This document shows, in pieces, positions 49,513 through 60,900 of a stretch of DNA of 64,000 nt. Origin of the DNA: an uncultured Bacteroidota bacterium. Lineage in GTDB: Bacteria; Bacteroidota; Bacteroidia; Bacteroidales; DTGW01. Position 1 is the first letter of the stretch, and the number at the start of each line of letters is the position of its first letter. The position numbers and the translations under genes are program-made. The notes beneath the pieces were generated by a model that was not told the origin of the DNA, did not search any database, and worked only from the letters and a program-made list of their open reading frames with translations. Location of the stretch: positions 183,968 to 247,967 of the forward strand of contig CAWKPE010000018.1 in the NCBI GenBank assembly GCA_963851385.1, read 5' to 3'.

Positions 49513-50319
49513 ATGAAACTTCAATTATTGAATAAATTGAAAACTGCTGCAATCTGCTTTGTATTTTCCTTAATCACATTAGATTCAGGAGCCCAGGACA
49601 GGTTGGTTATTAATGGCGGTTGGCTGAAAATAATTAATGATACTTTAAAAGTTAATGGAAGCATTGTTGTAAATAAAAGCAATTTTAATGTAGAAAATAT
49701 TCACAATGCTGGTGTCATTTATATTACAGATAGTCTAATCAATAAGGTAAATAATTTATTCTATACTTCATCAAATCCGGACGCGAATATAGCTCCAACC
49801 GGTAAAGTAATATTCTCAGGAAAGAAAAAGCAATACATAGCAGGTCCGGATTCAAATGGTATTTATTTCAATGATATTATTCTTGACAATTCAAATAATC
49901 TATATCTTAAAACTAATTTCAAAGCATTCGGTAAAGTTGAATTAAAAAATGGCAACATTAACCTGAACGGCCATAATATTGATTTGTTCAATAATTCTCC
50001 CGCGGTTAACAGGGATAGTGGACTCCTTATCGGAGAGTCGGATTCTCACAAGATTGTTGATTCAAAAAATTCTATTGATTCCTGTGGTTATATCCGTGCT
50101 TATTCCCCTTCTATTCCTTCTCCTGTAAATGTAGGAAATCTGGGTGCAGAAATTTCCCGTCAAAATGGAAGTATTACGGTTGAACGCGGACATGTGCCAT
50201 TTTTCGTTATTAAAGATACCAGCCTGGCAAGATTCTTTAATTTTTATTCAAACGAATACCAGTTCCAGTCTTCTCAGCAATCTCATACTGCATTATTTTA
50301 CTTCCGATTTCTCAAATAA
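49513..50319 (+). CDS. N-terminal part of a large PKD-repeat T9SS cargo protein (frameshifted relative to 50144-53812)
   Basis: Signal peptide MKLQLLNKLKTAAICFVFSLITLDSGAQ and a beta-helix-like region. Reads into a stop at 50317-50319, while the +1 frame is already open from 50144. Confidence 0.65.
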   Translation: MKLQLLNKLKTAAICFVFSLITLDSGAQDRLVINGGWLKIINDTLKVNGSIVVNKSNFNVENIHNAGVIYITDSLINKVNNLFYTSSNPDANIAPTGKVIFSGKKKQYIAGPDSNGIYFNDIILDNSNNLYLKTNFKAFGKVELKNGNINLNGHNIDLFNNSPAVNRDSGLLIGESDSHKIVDSKNSIDSCGYIRAYSPSIPSPVNVGNLGAEISRQNGSITVERGHVPFFVIKDTSLARFFNFYSNEYQFQSSQQSHTALFYFRFLK

Positions 50320-53300
50320 AAGATATGATGAATCAGCTATATCTATTTTTTCAACTGATTTACCTTCAGGTACAATTTATCATCTTCATGATAGTTGCAG
50401 GATTAATTCAGTTGCCAATACAATTTCAAGCAGTAATTTAAACTTATTGAGAAGATATTTGATCAGCAACAGCGGCAGGATATGTGAAGATACAATTAAA
50501 TTGTCATTGCCACCAGACGTTTGGGCATGTGCTGGAGATACAATTATACTCGTTCCAAAACCCAAAAACAATATAGGAAGGGAAACTTTTTTTGAATGGT
50601 ATGTTAAAGGATCTACTGATTTACTCGATACAACAAGAACCTTTATTGTAATCCCTGACAATAAAAAGGATGTTGACACCTTTATTGTTAAAGTATCCAA
50701 TGAATATGGATGCGGAAATTTTGATACGGTTCGTGTTCATACGAACCATTTTCCTTCAGCAAGATTTACAAATAACGCATTTTATTGTAAGAACGATTCC
50801 ATTCATTTTACTGATGCTTCAAGCATTGATAAAGGTGCGTTACATTATTTCTGGAACTTTGGTGATTCAACAATTTCAACCGACAAGAACCCTGTTAAAA
50901 AATATGACAAATATGGAAAATTTAGTGTCAGTCTGCGTTGCATATCCGATTCAGGATGTTCAAGTAAAACAGAAAATAAAATAATTGTTTACGATAATCC
51001 GAAAGCCGATTTTACTTATGAAAAAGTCTGCCATTTAAACACGATAAATTGCATTAACACAAGTACTCCGGATAGCTCAATTACAAAGTCAATATGGAAT
51101 TCTTCGGGAAGCATTGATAATAAAACCGCGACTCATCATGCTATGGATAATTCCAGTTTTTCTTTTGCTGTTATGGGTATTTATCCTGTAAAATTGACGG
51201 TGATTAATTATTATGGCAATTGCGTCGATTCAATTACAAAAAAAGTAGAAATATCGGCTTACGATGCACCGAATTTTGCAGTGACAAATAATTGCATAAA
51301 TGATTCTGCTCATTTTCAAATTACTTCCCACATCAATAGTGGAAATGTAACTTATGCCTGGAATTTCGGAGATTCATTTATTTCACATGAAAAAAATCCC
51401 AGCTTTTATTATCAGTCCGAAGGGGAATATAATGTTAGCCTGACTATACAAAACAACGGTTGTACTACAAAAGTAACAAAAGGAATCATAATTCATTCTC
51501 CTCCCGATGCCGGTTTTAACTATGAAATTTCTTGCGCAGGAAATACTACCGGTTTTCATAACAACTCTGAAGATAGTTTGAAATATAATTGGTCCTTCGA
51601 TGGAATCACAAGCATAAATCCTAATCCTTCCTTCATTTTTAATACGGCAGGACAACATGAAGTTAAATTACAGGTAACGTCTGCTTCAGAATGCACATCA
51701 ACACTAACAAAGAATATTGAAGTCTTTCCTACTCCTTCGCCGGATTTTGATTACTCGGTTGTGTGTTTTGGTGATTCTACAAAATTCAGTAATAATTCAA
51801 CCCTGCCCTCAGGAAATATGTCATTTCAATGGAATTTTAATAATGAAAGTACATCAAATGCCGCAAATCCCGAATATGCATTTAAGAATTCTATTAATGT
51901 CATGACTCAATTAACGGCTGTTTCTGATAGCGGGTGCAGCTCAAGCGTTACAAAAAACATACTTGTATATCCACTTCCACATACAGGTTTGGATGACAGT
52001 GTATTCACCTGCGGAAGCACACTGCCCTTGCAGGCTGAAGAAGCCAACGCTGCATATTACTGGTCAAACGGGATATACGACAGGGATAATCTCATAACCA
52101 CAACAGGCAAATATTATCTTTCTGTTACAGATTCAAAAGGATGCATAAATAAAGATAGTTCATACGTGGAATTGAATTCGCAAGTAAGAGTAAACATTGG
52201 TGATTCCTTAAGCGGATGCGAGACATATAAACTTGAAGCTCATAATTACAGATCAACATATTTATGGTCAACCGGTAGTACCGATAGTTATATTAACGTT
52301 ACTGTTTCCGGCACATACAAGGTTGAAGTTACCGATATAAATAACTGTAAAGGAAGCGATAGTGCTTTCGTCAGGATTGACAATATGCCTATTGTCAACC
52401 TGGGAAATGACACTTCTTTATGCGAAGGAAATTCGATTGAGTTAAACGCGGAGACCACCGGCACTTCCTATTTATGGTCCGATAAGTCTACGAATTCTTC
52501 CTTTCAGGTTACAAAACCAGGAACATATTATGTTGTAGTTGAAAACGGAAAATGCAGCGCATCAGATACTATAAAGATAGATGTTGTCAGTTTTCTAAAA
52601 CCTGGTTTTGGGAATTCTATAAAAGCATGTGATGAAGCTACTTTGGATGCAGGCAACAATGGGTGCAGCTACAAATGGTCTGAAGGTGATACTTCGCGAA
52701 AAATCAAGGTTAATGAAAGTGGTGACTATTGGGTCCAGATTGAAAAATACAATTGCAGGGATACTGAAACTGTATCTGTAAATATTTTACAATCTCCACG
52801 TGTATATTTAGGTCCGGATATTTACAAATGTAAGAATGATACTGTAACATTGTCTGCTAACGATCCTGAAAATGGATATACTTACTTATGGAATGACAGT
52901 ATTTCCGGGCCAATCTTAAAGACTAGTTTTGCAGGAGTTTATTATTTAGATGTTCATAGTCCAAACGGATGTTCATCATCTGATACAATTTCAGTTTATG
53001 ATTACTCATTACCGTATGTTAACCTGAACAATGAATATTATTTATGCGAAAAAACAGAGACTTTGGATGCAGGCGAAGGTTATGCCAAATACAGGTGGGG
53101 TTCTGATTCCGGACAAGCCGGAAACAATCGTACCCTTAATGTTTCAGTACCGGGTAAATATTGGGTAAGCGTAATTTCACCGGAAGGTTGCAATTCAAGT
53201 GATACGACCATAGTAAAAACTACAGCCGATACAGTATACGTAATGTTTTTGGTTAAAGGTGCTTTCAATGCAGAAGATACGGCTTTCAGAGCTGGAGATA

Positions 53301-53812
53301 CCGTTTGTTTCACAAATGTCAGTTATCCGACAACAGCACATTTTTATTGGGATTTTGGAGACAACACATATAGCTATGAATCACAACCCAGTCATATTTA
53401 TTACGCCGAAGGAACATACACGATTCAATTAACAGCAAGCACTGCTACCTGCTCTGAAACACTAACAAAAATCAGGACAGCTAAAGGATATGCAGGGACT
53501 TCGAAAAAATCAGGAGGAGATAATAAACAAAATGGTGATAAAAACCAACTGGTAGAATTTTTATATTCAAAACTCTATCCTAATCCAACAAGAGAACAAG
53601 TAATGTTTGAATTCCAAATAAGTGTACCTTCTAATCTTGTGCTGTACATGCTAGATATCAATGGAAGGATTATCCATTTTGAGAAATTAAAAGTTGAGTC
53701 AGTCTATAACAAGAATTTTAATCTTGGTGGCTTACCTGCCGGAATGTATATAATTAAGGTTATGACTAACAATGCTTCAGTAACACGTAAGTTTATTAAA
53801 GCCTCTTACTAA
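50144..53812 (+). CDS. PKD-domain / Cys-containing Ig-like-repeat protein with T9SS C-terminal sorting domain
   Basis: Several PKD units (F.D.S......Y.WNFGD......NP...Y...G.Y.V.L). Repeated C..G....L.A......Y.WS.G......I.V...G.Y.V.V units. C-terminal LYPNPTREQVMFEF...GMYIIKVMTNNASVTRKFIK matches the Por secretion tail. Confidence 0.8.
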   Translation: MQKFPVKMEVLRLNADMCHFSLLKIPAWQDSLIFIQTNTSSSLLSNLILHYFTSDFSNKRYDESAISIFSTDLPSGTIYHLHDSCRINSVANTISSSNLNLLRRYLISNSGRICEDTIKLSLPPDVWACAGDTIILVPKPKNNIGRETFFEWYVKGSTDLLDTTRTFIVIPDNKKDVDTFIVKVSNEYGCGNFDTVRVHTNHFPSARFTNNAFYCKNDSIHFTDASSIDKGALHYFWNFGDSTISTDKNPVKKYDKYGKFSVSLRCISDSGCSSKTENKIIVYDNPKADFTYEKVCHLNTINCINTSTPDSSITKSIWNSSGSIDNKTATHHAMDNSSFSFAVMGIYPVKLTVINYYGNCVDSITKKVEISAYDAPNFAVTNNCINDSAHFQITSHINSGNVTYAWNFGDSFISHEKNPSFYYQSEGEYNVSLTIQNNGCTTKVTKGIIIHSPPDAGFNYEISCAGNTTGFHNNSEDSLKYNWSFDGITSINPNPSFIFNTAGQHEVKLQVTSASECTSTLTKNIEVFPTPSPDFDYSVVCFGDSTKFSNNSTLPSGNMSFQWNFNNESTSNAANPEYAFKNSINVMTQLTAVSDSGCSSSVTKNILVYPLPHTGLDDSVFTCGSTLPLQAEEANAAYYWSNGIYDRDNLITTTGKYYLSVTDSKGCINKDSSYVELNSQVRVNIGDSLSGCETYKLEAHNYRSTYLWSTGSTDSYINVTVSGTYKVEVTDINNCKGSDSAFVRIDNMPIVNLGNDTSLCEGNSIELNAETTGTSYLWSDKSTNSSFQVTKPGTYYVVVENGKCSASDTIKIDVVSFLKPGFGNSIKACDEATLDAGNNGCSYKWSEGDTSRKIKVNESGDYWVQIEKYNCRDTETVSVNILQSPRVYLGPDIYKCKNDTVTLSANDPENGYTYLWNDSISGPILKTSFAGVYYLDVHSPNGCSSSDTISVYDYSLPYVNLNNEYYLCEKTETLDAGEGYAKYRWGSDSGQAGNNRTLNVSVPGKYWVSVISPEGCNSSDTTIVKTTADTVYVMFLVKGAFNAEDTAFRAGDTVCFTNVSYPTTAHFYWDFGDNTYSYESQPSHIYYAEGTYTIQLTASTATCSETLTKIRTAKGYAGTSKKSGGDNKQNGDKNQLVEFLYSKLYPNPTREQVMFEFQISVPSNLVLYMLDINGRIIHFEKLKVESVYNKNFNLGGLPAGMYIIKVMTNNASVTRKFIKASY

Positions 53813-54907
53813 ATGATAATGCAACAAAATATAATGAGAAACTGGTCAGTACTTTTTATTATCGTGAGTTTATCCTGGCAAAACAATTTTAGTCAGAATA
53901 GCCAAAGCACAACTTCTGCATCGAAGATCGATACAGCAAATTACCAGTCGGCACTAACTGAATATATCGTTGAATTTTTCGACTATCAGAAATTTTCAGA
54001 GGCTCTTGCACTTATGAATATGTTTAATGATACTGTCACGCAGGATTCCATTAAAATATTTGAAAATAAACTGGGAGTAAATATAGATTTGGTCTGTTAC
54101 TTCGATCCGGTGGTTAACTCTTTCTGGCCGAATTTATTTGGTGGAATTGCACTTGGTTTTCCAAATAATGATGATATAATAGTACAACTGAAATATACAC
54201 CGGATTCTTCAAATCCTGTCCAGAATACTGACAATTCTTCAACTAAAAAATATTATAAAATCCAGGCCAATGTCACAGGTAATGAATACTACAATTTAAA
54301 GCTATTAAAGAACTATCTCGATTATAACCTCCAGAACAAAGTTACACTGGATCACAATGACATAAAATATCCTGTCTTTTTCAGTCTTAATTCATTTTTA
54401 TATGGAGAAAATACGAACCTGCTTTGCGACGAATCGCCGGCAAAAGATTATGTGAGAAAAGCTATTGATTCGTTAAAAACCGAGATTATTGCAGAATTAA
54501 ATGATTATGACAAAGAAAATGAACAAAATGAAGATAGCACAAATACAGGATTTACAGTAAACTCTTATATAAGCGACAGCAGCCAGATTTTAATGATATC
54601 AAGCATACCAAAAAAATTCACCTTAGCGGAACTGGAAAAACTTAAAGATGATCCATATTTTGGCCAGTTATATACGTATCTCGAAGAATATAAGCAGGAA
54701 ATGGAGAAAAGAAGGCAATTATTACCAGAATTGGACAAATACTACAGCAAAGAAAAACTTTGCCAGTTAGTGAATGAAATTGAATCGGCAAAAGAAGGAA
54801 CTACAAAAGAATTATATGAACTAATAAATAAGAACAGCCCTGAAAATAAAATAATTGACTGGTTGAAGCCATACCTTGAAAATAGGTTAGCCCCGGTAGC
54901 ACAATAA
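53813..54907 (+). CDS. hypothetical exported protein (364 aa)
   Basis: ATG directly follows the TAA of the preceding gene. Signal peptide and a charged, probably helical C-terminal third. No family recognised. Confidence 0.6.
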   Translation: MIMQQNIMRNWSVLFIIVSLSWQNNFSQNSQSTTSASKIDTANYQSALTEYIVEFFDYQKFSEALALMNMFNDTVTQDSIKIFENKLGVNIDLVCYFDPVVNSFWPNLFGGIALGFPNNDDIIVQLKYTPDSSNPVQNTDNSSTKKYYKIQANVTGNEYYNLKLLKNYLDYNLQNKVTLDHNDIKYPVFFSLNSFLYGENTNLLCDESPAKDYVRKAIDSLKTEIIAELNDYDKENEQNEDSTNTGFTVNSYISDSSQILMISSIPKKFTLAELEKLKDDPYFGQLYTYLEEYKQEMEKRRQLLPELDKYYSKEKLCQLVNEIESAKEGTTKELYELINKNSPENKIIDWLKPYLENRLAPVAQ

Positions 54908-54945
54908 TATTTAAGAGTTTATAATTCATTTAAGAAACCGGAAAT

Positions 54946-57900
54946 ATGATAATTAAAAATAAAATTATTTCAAGTTTTAAAACCATACAGACAAGTTCAT
55001 TTTGTTCAAAACTTCTCATTGGCTGGTTTATATGCTTTAGCATTATGCCTGATTTGTTTTCACAGGATCAGGCAATTACTTTTAAATTTTATATTGACAA
55101 GTTAAATGCTTTGATTGATAAGAATAATCTGACCTCGCAGGCAAACCGGGTTTTTGTGTTAGATTGCAGGTACGATTATATAACAGGTAATAGTAGTAGT
55201 AGCGCTGAAAACGCAAATATTAATAATCAACTCTTAGATGCAAATAATAATAAATATGCAAAGAATAATATTGAAATATATTATATCAAATTAAATGCCC
55301 TGGTTAATAATCATGGTATTGATAAAATAAAAATTGACGACGCAAATGGCAAAACAACAAAAGAAATTGCAATGCCCTATTACTCTACTTATGATCCTGG
55401 AGTATTGGCTAAAACAGTATATAACTATAGCCAGGTTAGTAATAAAGGCAAATATGCAAAAGATGCTATATTAATTTTCGAATATCTTAAATACGATAGA
55501 ATAGATGAATATGGCATACTTCATTATTCTGTAAGTTGTAATTATGCATTCTGCTTACCTCCATATTATAGCGGGTATTATCAAAAGATAGATAATTATG
55601 TAAAATCAGCTGCAAATACGGGTTTAAATGTTAATGATAGAAATTTTATAGTAACTGGATTTTTGAACGGGTTAATCAGTTTATTTAATTTCAACAAAGA
55701 TCAAATAGGGCCCTACCAGACAGATGAAGTTATGCAACAACAAATGGACAATGAAGTCGTTCAAATGGCTTTATATATCCAAAACAAAATTAAGGATCCG
55801 AAAAATAACAAAAAGCATATTTTTATTGAGAATTATAAAAACACGAATGACGAACTTTATCTTCTGAATGATGATCAGCGTATATCTATTGAAAACAGTA
55901 TTTCAGAAATACCTGCTGATCAAAAAATATATGTTATTTCTAAAAAGATAAATATTCCATTAACGGCCAAGCAGGAACAGGAACATGACTATGATAACCG
56001 GATACAAGAATTTGAGGAAAAAGTTGTTGAAAAGGTATGTAACGATCCTGATTATTATTGTGGATTAAATAAAGCCACAACTACTTTTATTATTTTACCC
56101 TACTATGGTTACGAAGATGAATTATCGAATCCAATCTGGAGAATCTTTTATGGATACTACTCACCGATAACATTAACAAATACATCGATTTCACCTCACT
56201 CAATTGATGCCACAGGGTCCCCTACTATAGATCTCAATTATATTGATAATATTATTTCATGCATAGTCCCTAAAAGAACATTGGATTACTATCAGCAAAA
56301 GTTGGATGCAGCTTTTGCAAATAATTATGTGATGCCTCAGTCAAATAATGAATACGTATTAGGGGACGATGTCGGCAACTCTCAAAAAGAAAGAGATGAC
56401 CTATCAGCTAAATTATCAACATATTCCGGCGTTGTACCTTACGTAGTTCTTATTAATGAAAAATATCTTAGTAATGAAGATAAAACAAAGAGCGCTGCTG
56501 AAATTGCCAAATGGTTAGTTGAAAATAACGTTTCAAAAATTTCAAAAATAAATATAAATGGGTTTGTAATCATTTACAAACCTTCTATTGATAACGATGG
56601 CTCAGAAAAAAACACCCTGGAAAAGAATTTCGGGTTTTACACAGGAACTAAACTTAGCGGATTTGATGAAGATTTGAATACTCTGTTGCAACAAGAATTT
56701 AGCAATAAAAATATAGATGTAAATTTTGCATTAATAGGAAAATTTTTAGACGAATTAGAAAAATTTAAAATTTATCTACCCCCTGATAATTACTATGGTT
56801 CACCAAAACAAACGCGCGTACTGAATGAAGAAATTGATGATGAACTTGAAACACTTATACCAATATTTGAAGATTTTAATCGTAACCCATCAGTTCATAT
56901 ATATAAAGATGATTTAAGTGTGAAAAAAAATTGCATTAGCCCCGTTGATGAGGCCTCTATCGAGGACTTAGTTAAACGGTTAAATTCCGAAGGAAAAACA
57001 GCTTATATCATTTCAAAAAAAATTAATACACCTCTGTTGAATATTGACGCCTTCAATTACTATACACAAAAAGCTATGGAGAAGGCTAAAAAAATAATAA
57101 ACTTCTCAAACCCCCAATTAACCCTCATTTTATTGCCGTATTATAATTATAATAGTAAAACCTATTTTAATTACGCGTACGATAATTATAATTTGTTTAT
57201 TACTGAGACAAAAGTAAACATAGCAGAAGGAGAAAACCCTTATAACCTAAATTCTCCGTCAACTATAATGTATACTGAAGAACAACCGGAAATTGATGTC
57301 CAATTAGTAAAAAAAGCATTAGCTGTTTTATCTGAATGTCCTGTCTTGACAAAATTTGATGATTTTGCGAGTTCTATCAATAATGCTGTTGCCCAGAATT
57401 CTCATTTAGACCCCACTGATATGAATTTTGTAATAGGAGGCTGCCCCTTGGAAATGCTTGACATAAATAAAATAATTCAATCTTACATTATAGATATAAC
57501 TAAAAAAGTTCAGTCTGATAATTTAAATGGAACAAACAAGGTAAATACGTATGTTGTATTGTTTGACAAAAAATATGAATATAATAATATAGCAGAAGAA
57601 CTTTATAACAAAATAAGTGATGAAACAATAAAAGACAAGCTTCTTATCATAGCAAGAGTGCCTGTTACTGATGCCAAAGATGAGTTCAATTATTATTTCT
57701 ATACAAGCAATAAAATAAGCGGGTTCGATGACTATATAAAAGATAATATTTTTGATCCTGATAAAAAATATGGTGATGATTATTTTGCAAAAACTAAAAC
57801 CTCCGTAAATGATCTTTGTGAACTTTTTAAAACATTAGAGAGCTCCGGCTTGCTCTATCAGAACAGAGTTTCTGATAAGGAAATTAAAGATGAAGCTAAT

Positions 57901-60900
57901 AAACTTGTCGATGATTTTTTAAAAAATGTTAGTCCAGCTAATAAACATTGGTATTTTGACAACAACTTTAAATGTTATCCTAATAATCTTTCTGAGTTTT
58001 TTTCTGATGCTTCAAATATTGAACAAGCAGAAGCATTTGAAACAAATATAAATCTATTATCAAATATTTATAACAAATCCTTTTATATAGTCTTACAGGA
58101 GATAAGCTCTCCCTTAACGTGTAATGAACAATTAAATACGTTTAACAAATATGCCGAGCAAGAATTCAAATCTCCTGACGGTACAGTGAAGAATATAGAT
58201 AAGACTGATTACGCAGTATTATTAATACCTTACTATAAATATTCAACTGTTAATAGTTACGGAACTATTAATGAAGAAATTGATTATTATCCAAACCTCT
58301 GTGCTAATAACATAAATTTTAGAAACGGTAATATTCCAGAATCAATTATTATAAAAAGTGGAAAACAAGATATAAATATTATAAATGAAGATTTTATAAA
58401 TAACATTTTAGCAAATATTGTAGTTGAAAGGTCCCCAGAAAATTATCAGAAAGAACTAGATTGGCTTATTGATAATAATACCAAACAGAATAAATATAAA
58501 AAATATGTAGTTGGAAATTCCGCGGTCAAGAAGGATTGGAATTCGGATTTTTATACATCAATTCAAAACTCGAATTCTTTTAATAATTTAAATTATTACT
58601 GTGTACTTATTGATAAAGAAGATATTGATCCCAATGAAGTTGTAAACTATTTGATCGATAATAGTAAAATTAGTAAGGAATATGGCCTTCTTTTAGCATA
58701 TAATCCTTCATATACTAAGGGAGAAAAATATGCGGTACGATCGGGCGTGTTTTCTAATAGACTTGATTCTAAGTTCTCAGTTGCTGTTGGAAATGTAACA
58801 GATAACGTTGACAATCCTTTTGAATACCTTACCAATGCTACTTCAGCAATAAACGGAATTTTATCATCCGGGTATGTTGGAGAAGAAAAAAAGATATATA
58901 CACCGGAAGAACGGGAAACTGAAGTACAAAGTTTCGTTGATTATTTTAATGATAAGTTCAATAAGAATCCTAATCAATTTGTTTATACAGACATTGATAA
59001 TTTAAATCTGGATAATTTTAAAGACAAATTACTTTATTTATCGCTACTTGGGGGAAAACAGGTTTACATATTAAGAAAACAAACAAGTATCAGCATTCTT
59101 GCATCGGAAGTGAATGATTTTATTAAGGAAATATCCGAGAAACTCGATATTAAAAGTATCATCAATAGTACTAATAATCTAAGTAATTCTGTAATAATAA
59201 TACTTCCCTACCATATTTATAATGACCCTGTAAATAACGACCAGCTCACAACTAAAACATTTCATGGTTACTATGCCGGTGAAAATATACAATTTGCCAG
59301 TGTAATCAATTCAATGATAACTGAAAAGTTTGATGCTGATAAATCCCTGCATTATATTAACGACATTATTAATAGTATTAATGACAAAGCAATTGGTACT
59401 TATTCAGATCAGCTTAATAACCTGGTTAGTTATAATACAGGCAAGAATATCAATGAAAAGGTCTATTTAATTAATAATAATTGGTTCGAGGAATTTGAAG
59501 ATTTCAATAATACGAATAATGCAATTCGAGAAATGCCTTATCTGAACAGGTACTTCGATTATTATGCAATATTTGATAGACAACAAAACCTCGATAAGGT
59601 TAATATGCAAAAATCGGTTGAAAGTATCTTTGATAATGTTTTACTAAGCCCAAAGCAACAAGGTATATTACAATTGGTTTCACCGTATAATATGAGTTCC
59701 GTATGTACTGGAGTCACAAAAACATCACCTGAATTAGTTAATGATAATATACGAACACAAGCAATAAATACAGCATTAGGAACAACTCCAGATAATCCGT
59801 ACAAATACAAATTCGTAGAACAATTTACTAATACAATTAATACAGATATGTCAGGTCCTTATTTAGCTCCTGATGATCAATATGCCGGATATACACCATA
59901 TAATGGAGTTTGTGATTATGATTATTCGAAAGAAACATTAACCCCTTATGTAAATAGTTTCGTCAACTGGCTTAATCAAGAGTTGAATAATAATACGCCC
60001 GATAACTATATTATTTCTGATGATCCTGATATTCCATTTAAACAAATATCTAATGTTAAGGCATTATATAATGACAGGTTTAAAAATTTTTCGGATTATG
60101 ACTCTAAACAAATTTATATAATTTCAAAAGAGCTCGATTTTCCTTTAAAAGAACAGAACCTTCAAGATTTTGTCAGTGATGTATTTAATAAAATTGAATT
60201 AAAGAATGATAAGAGTAATACTGGGTTTATTTTCATGCTGCGTTATAAATGCAATAAGAATGGGGTGCGCAATGCCGTATATAGAACAACGTGTACTTAT
60301 ATATGCGGAGATAATATTATAATCGCGAAACAAATAGGTGAAAGTAATAATGAGAGTCCCGATAATTATAAGTTTGATGAACAATATCCATTACATGTAT
60401 ACACTCAAATTTACAAAACTTGTAAAATTTTTGGGTATTTTATCACACCAACAGGAGACGTATTTTTTAAGCAATTTGATACTAAGACAGCAGGAAGGCC
60501 TGCAATTGTGAACTTATCAATATTTGTCGATCCTGATATTATTGACGGCAGTTCTAATATAAATAGTCAAATTTACAATTTCACTAATAATTATAAAAAA
60601 TATTACGATTACTTCAACCAGTTGAGCTCAGAACAACAAATCCCAATAGAGAGTACAGATGATCAAATAACCATTGAGCAGATTCCCAGTTACAAGGAAA
60701 ATTATTTGAAAATGATTACGTGGATGCACCAGGACGGAGTATTAGCGCAAAATACTGGTGGTAGTTATAATGGTAAATTAAACAGTTTAGATAAATATGT
60801 TGAATTGACAGATTTCAAATTTTCATTACCTACTGGTTACATTTTTTCTCAATTTCTTATAAAAGAAAAAGCAATAAAAAATCATCATAAAGATATAATG

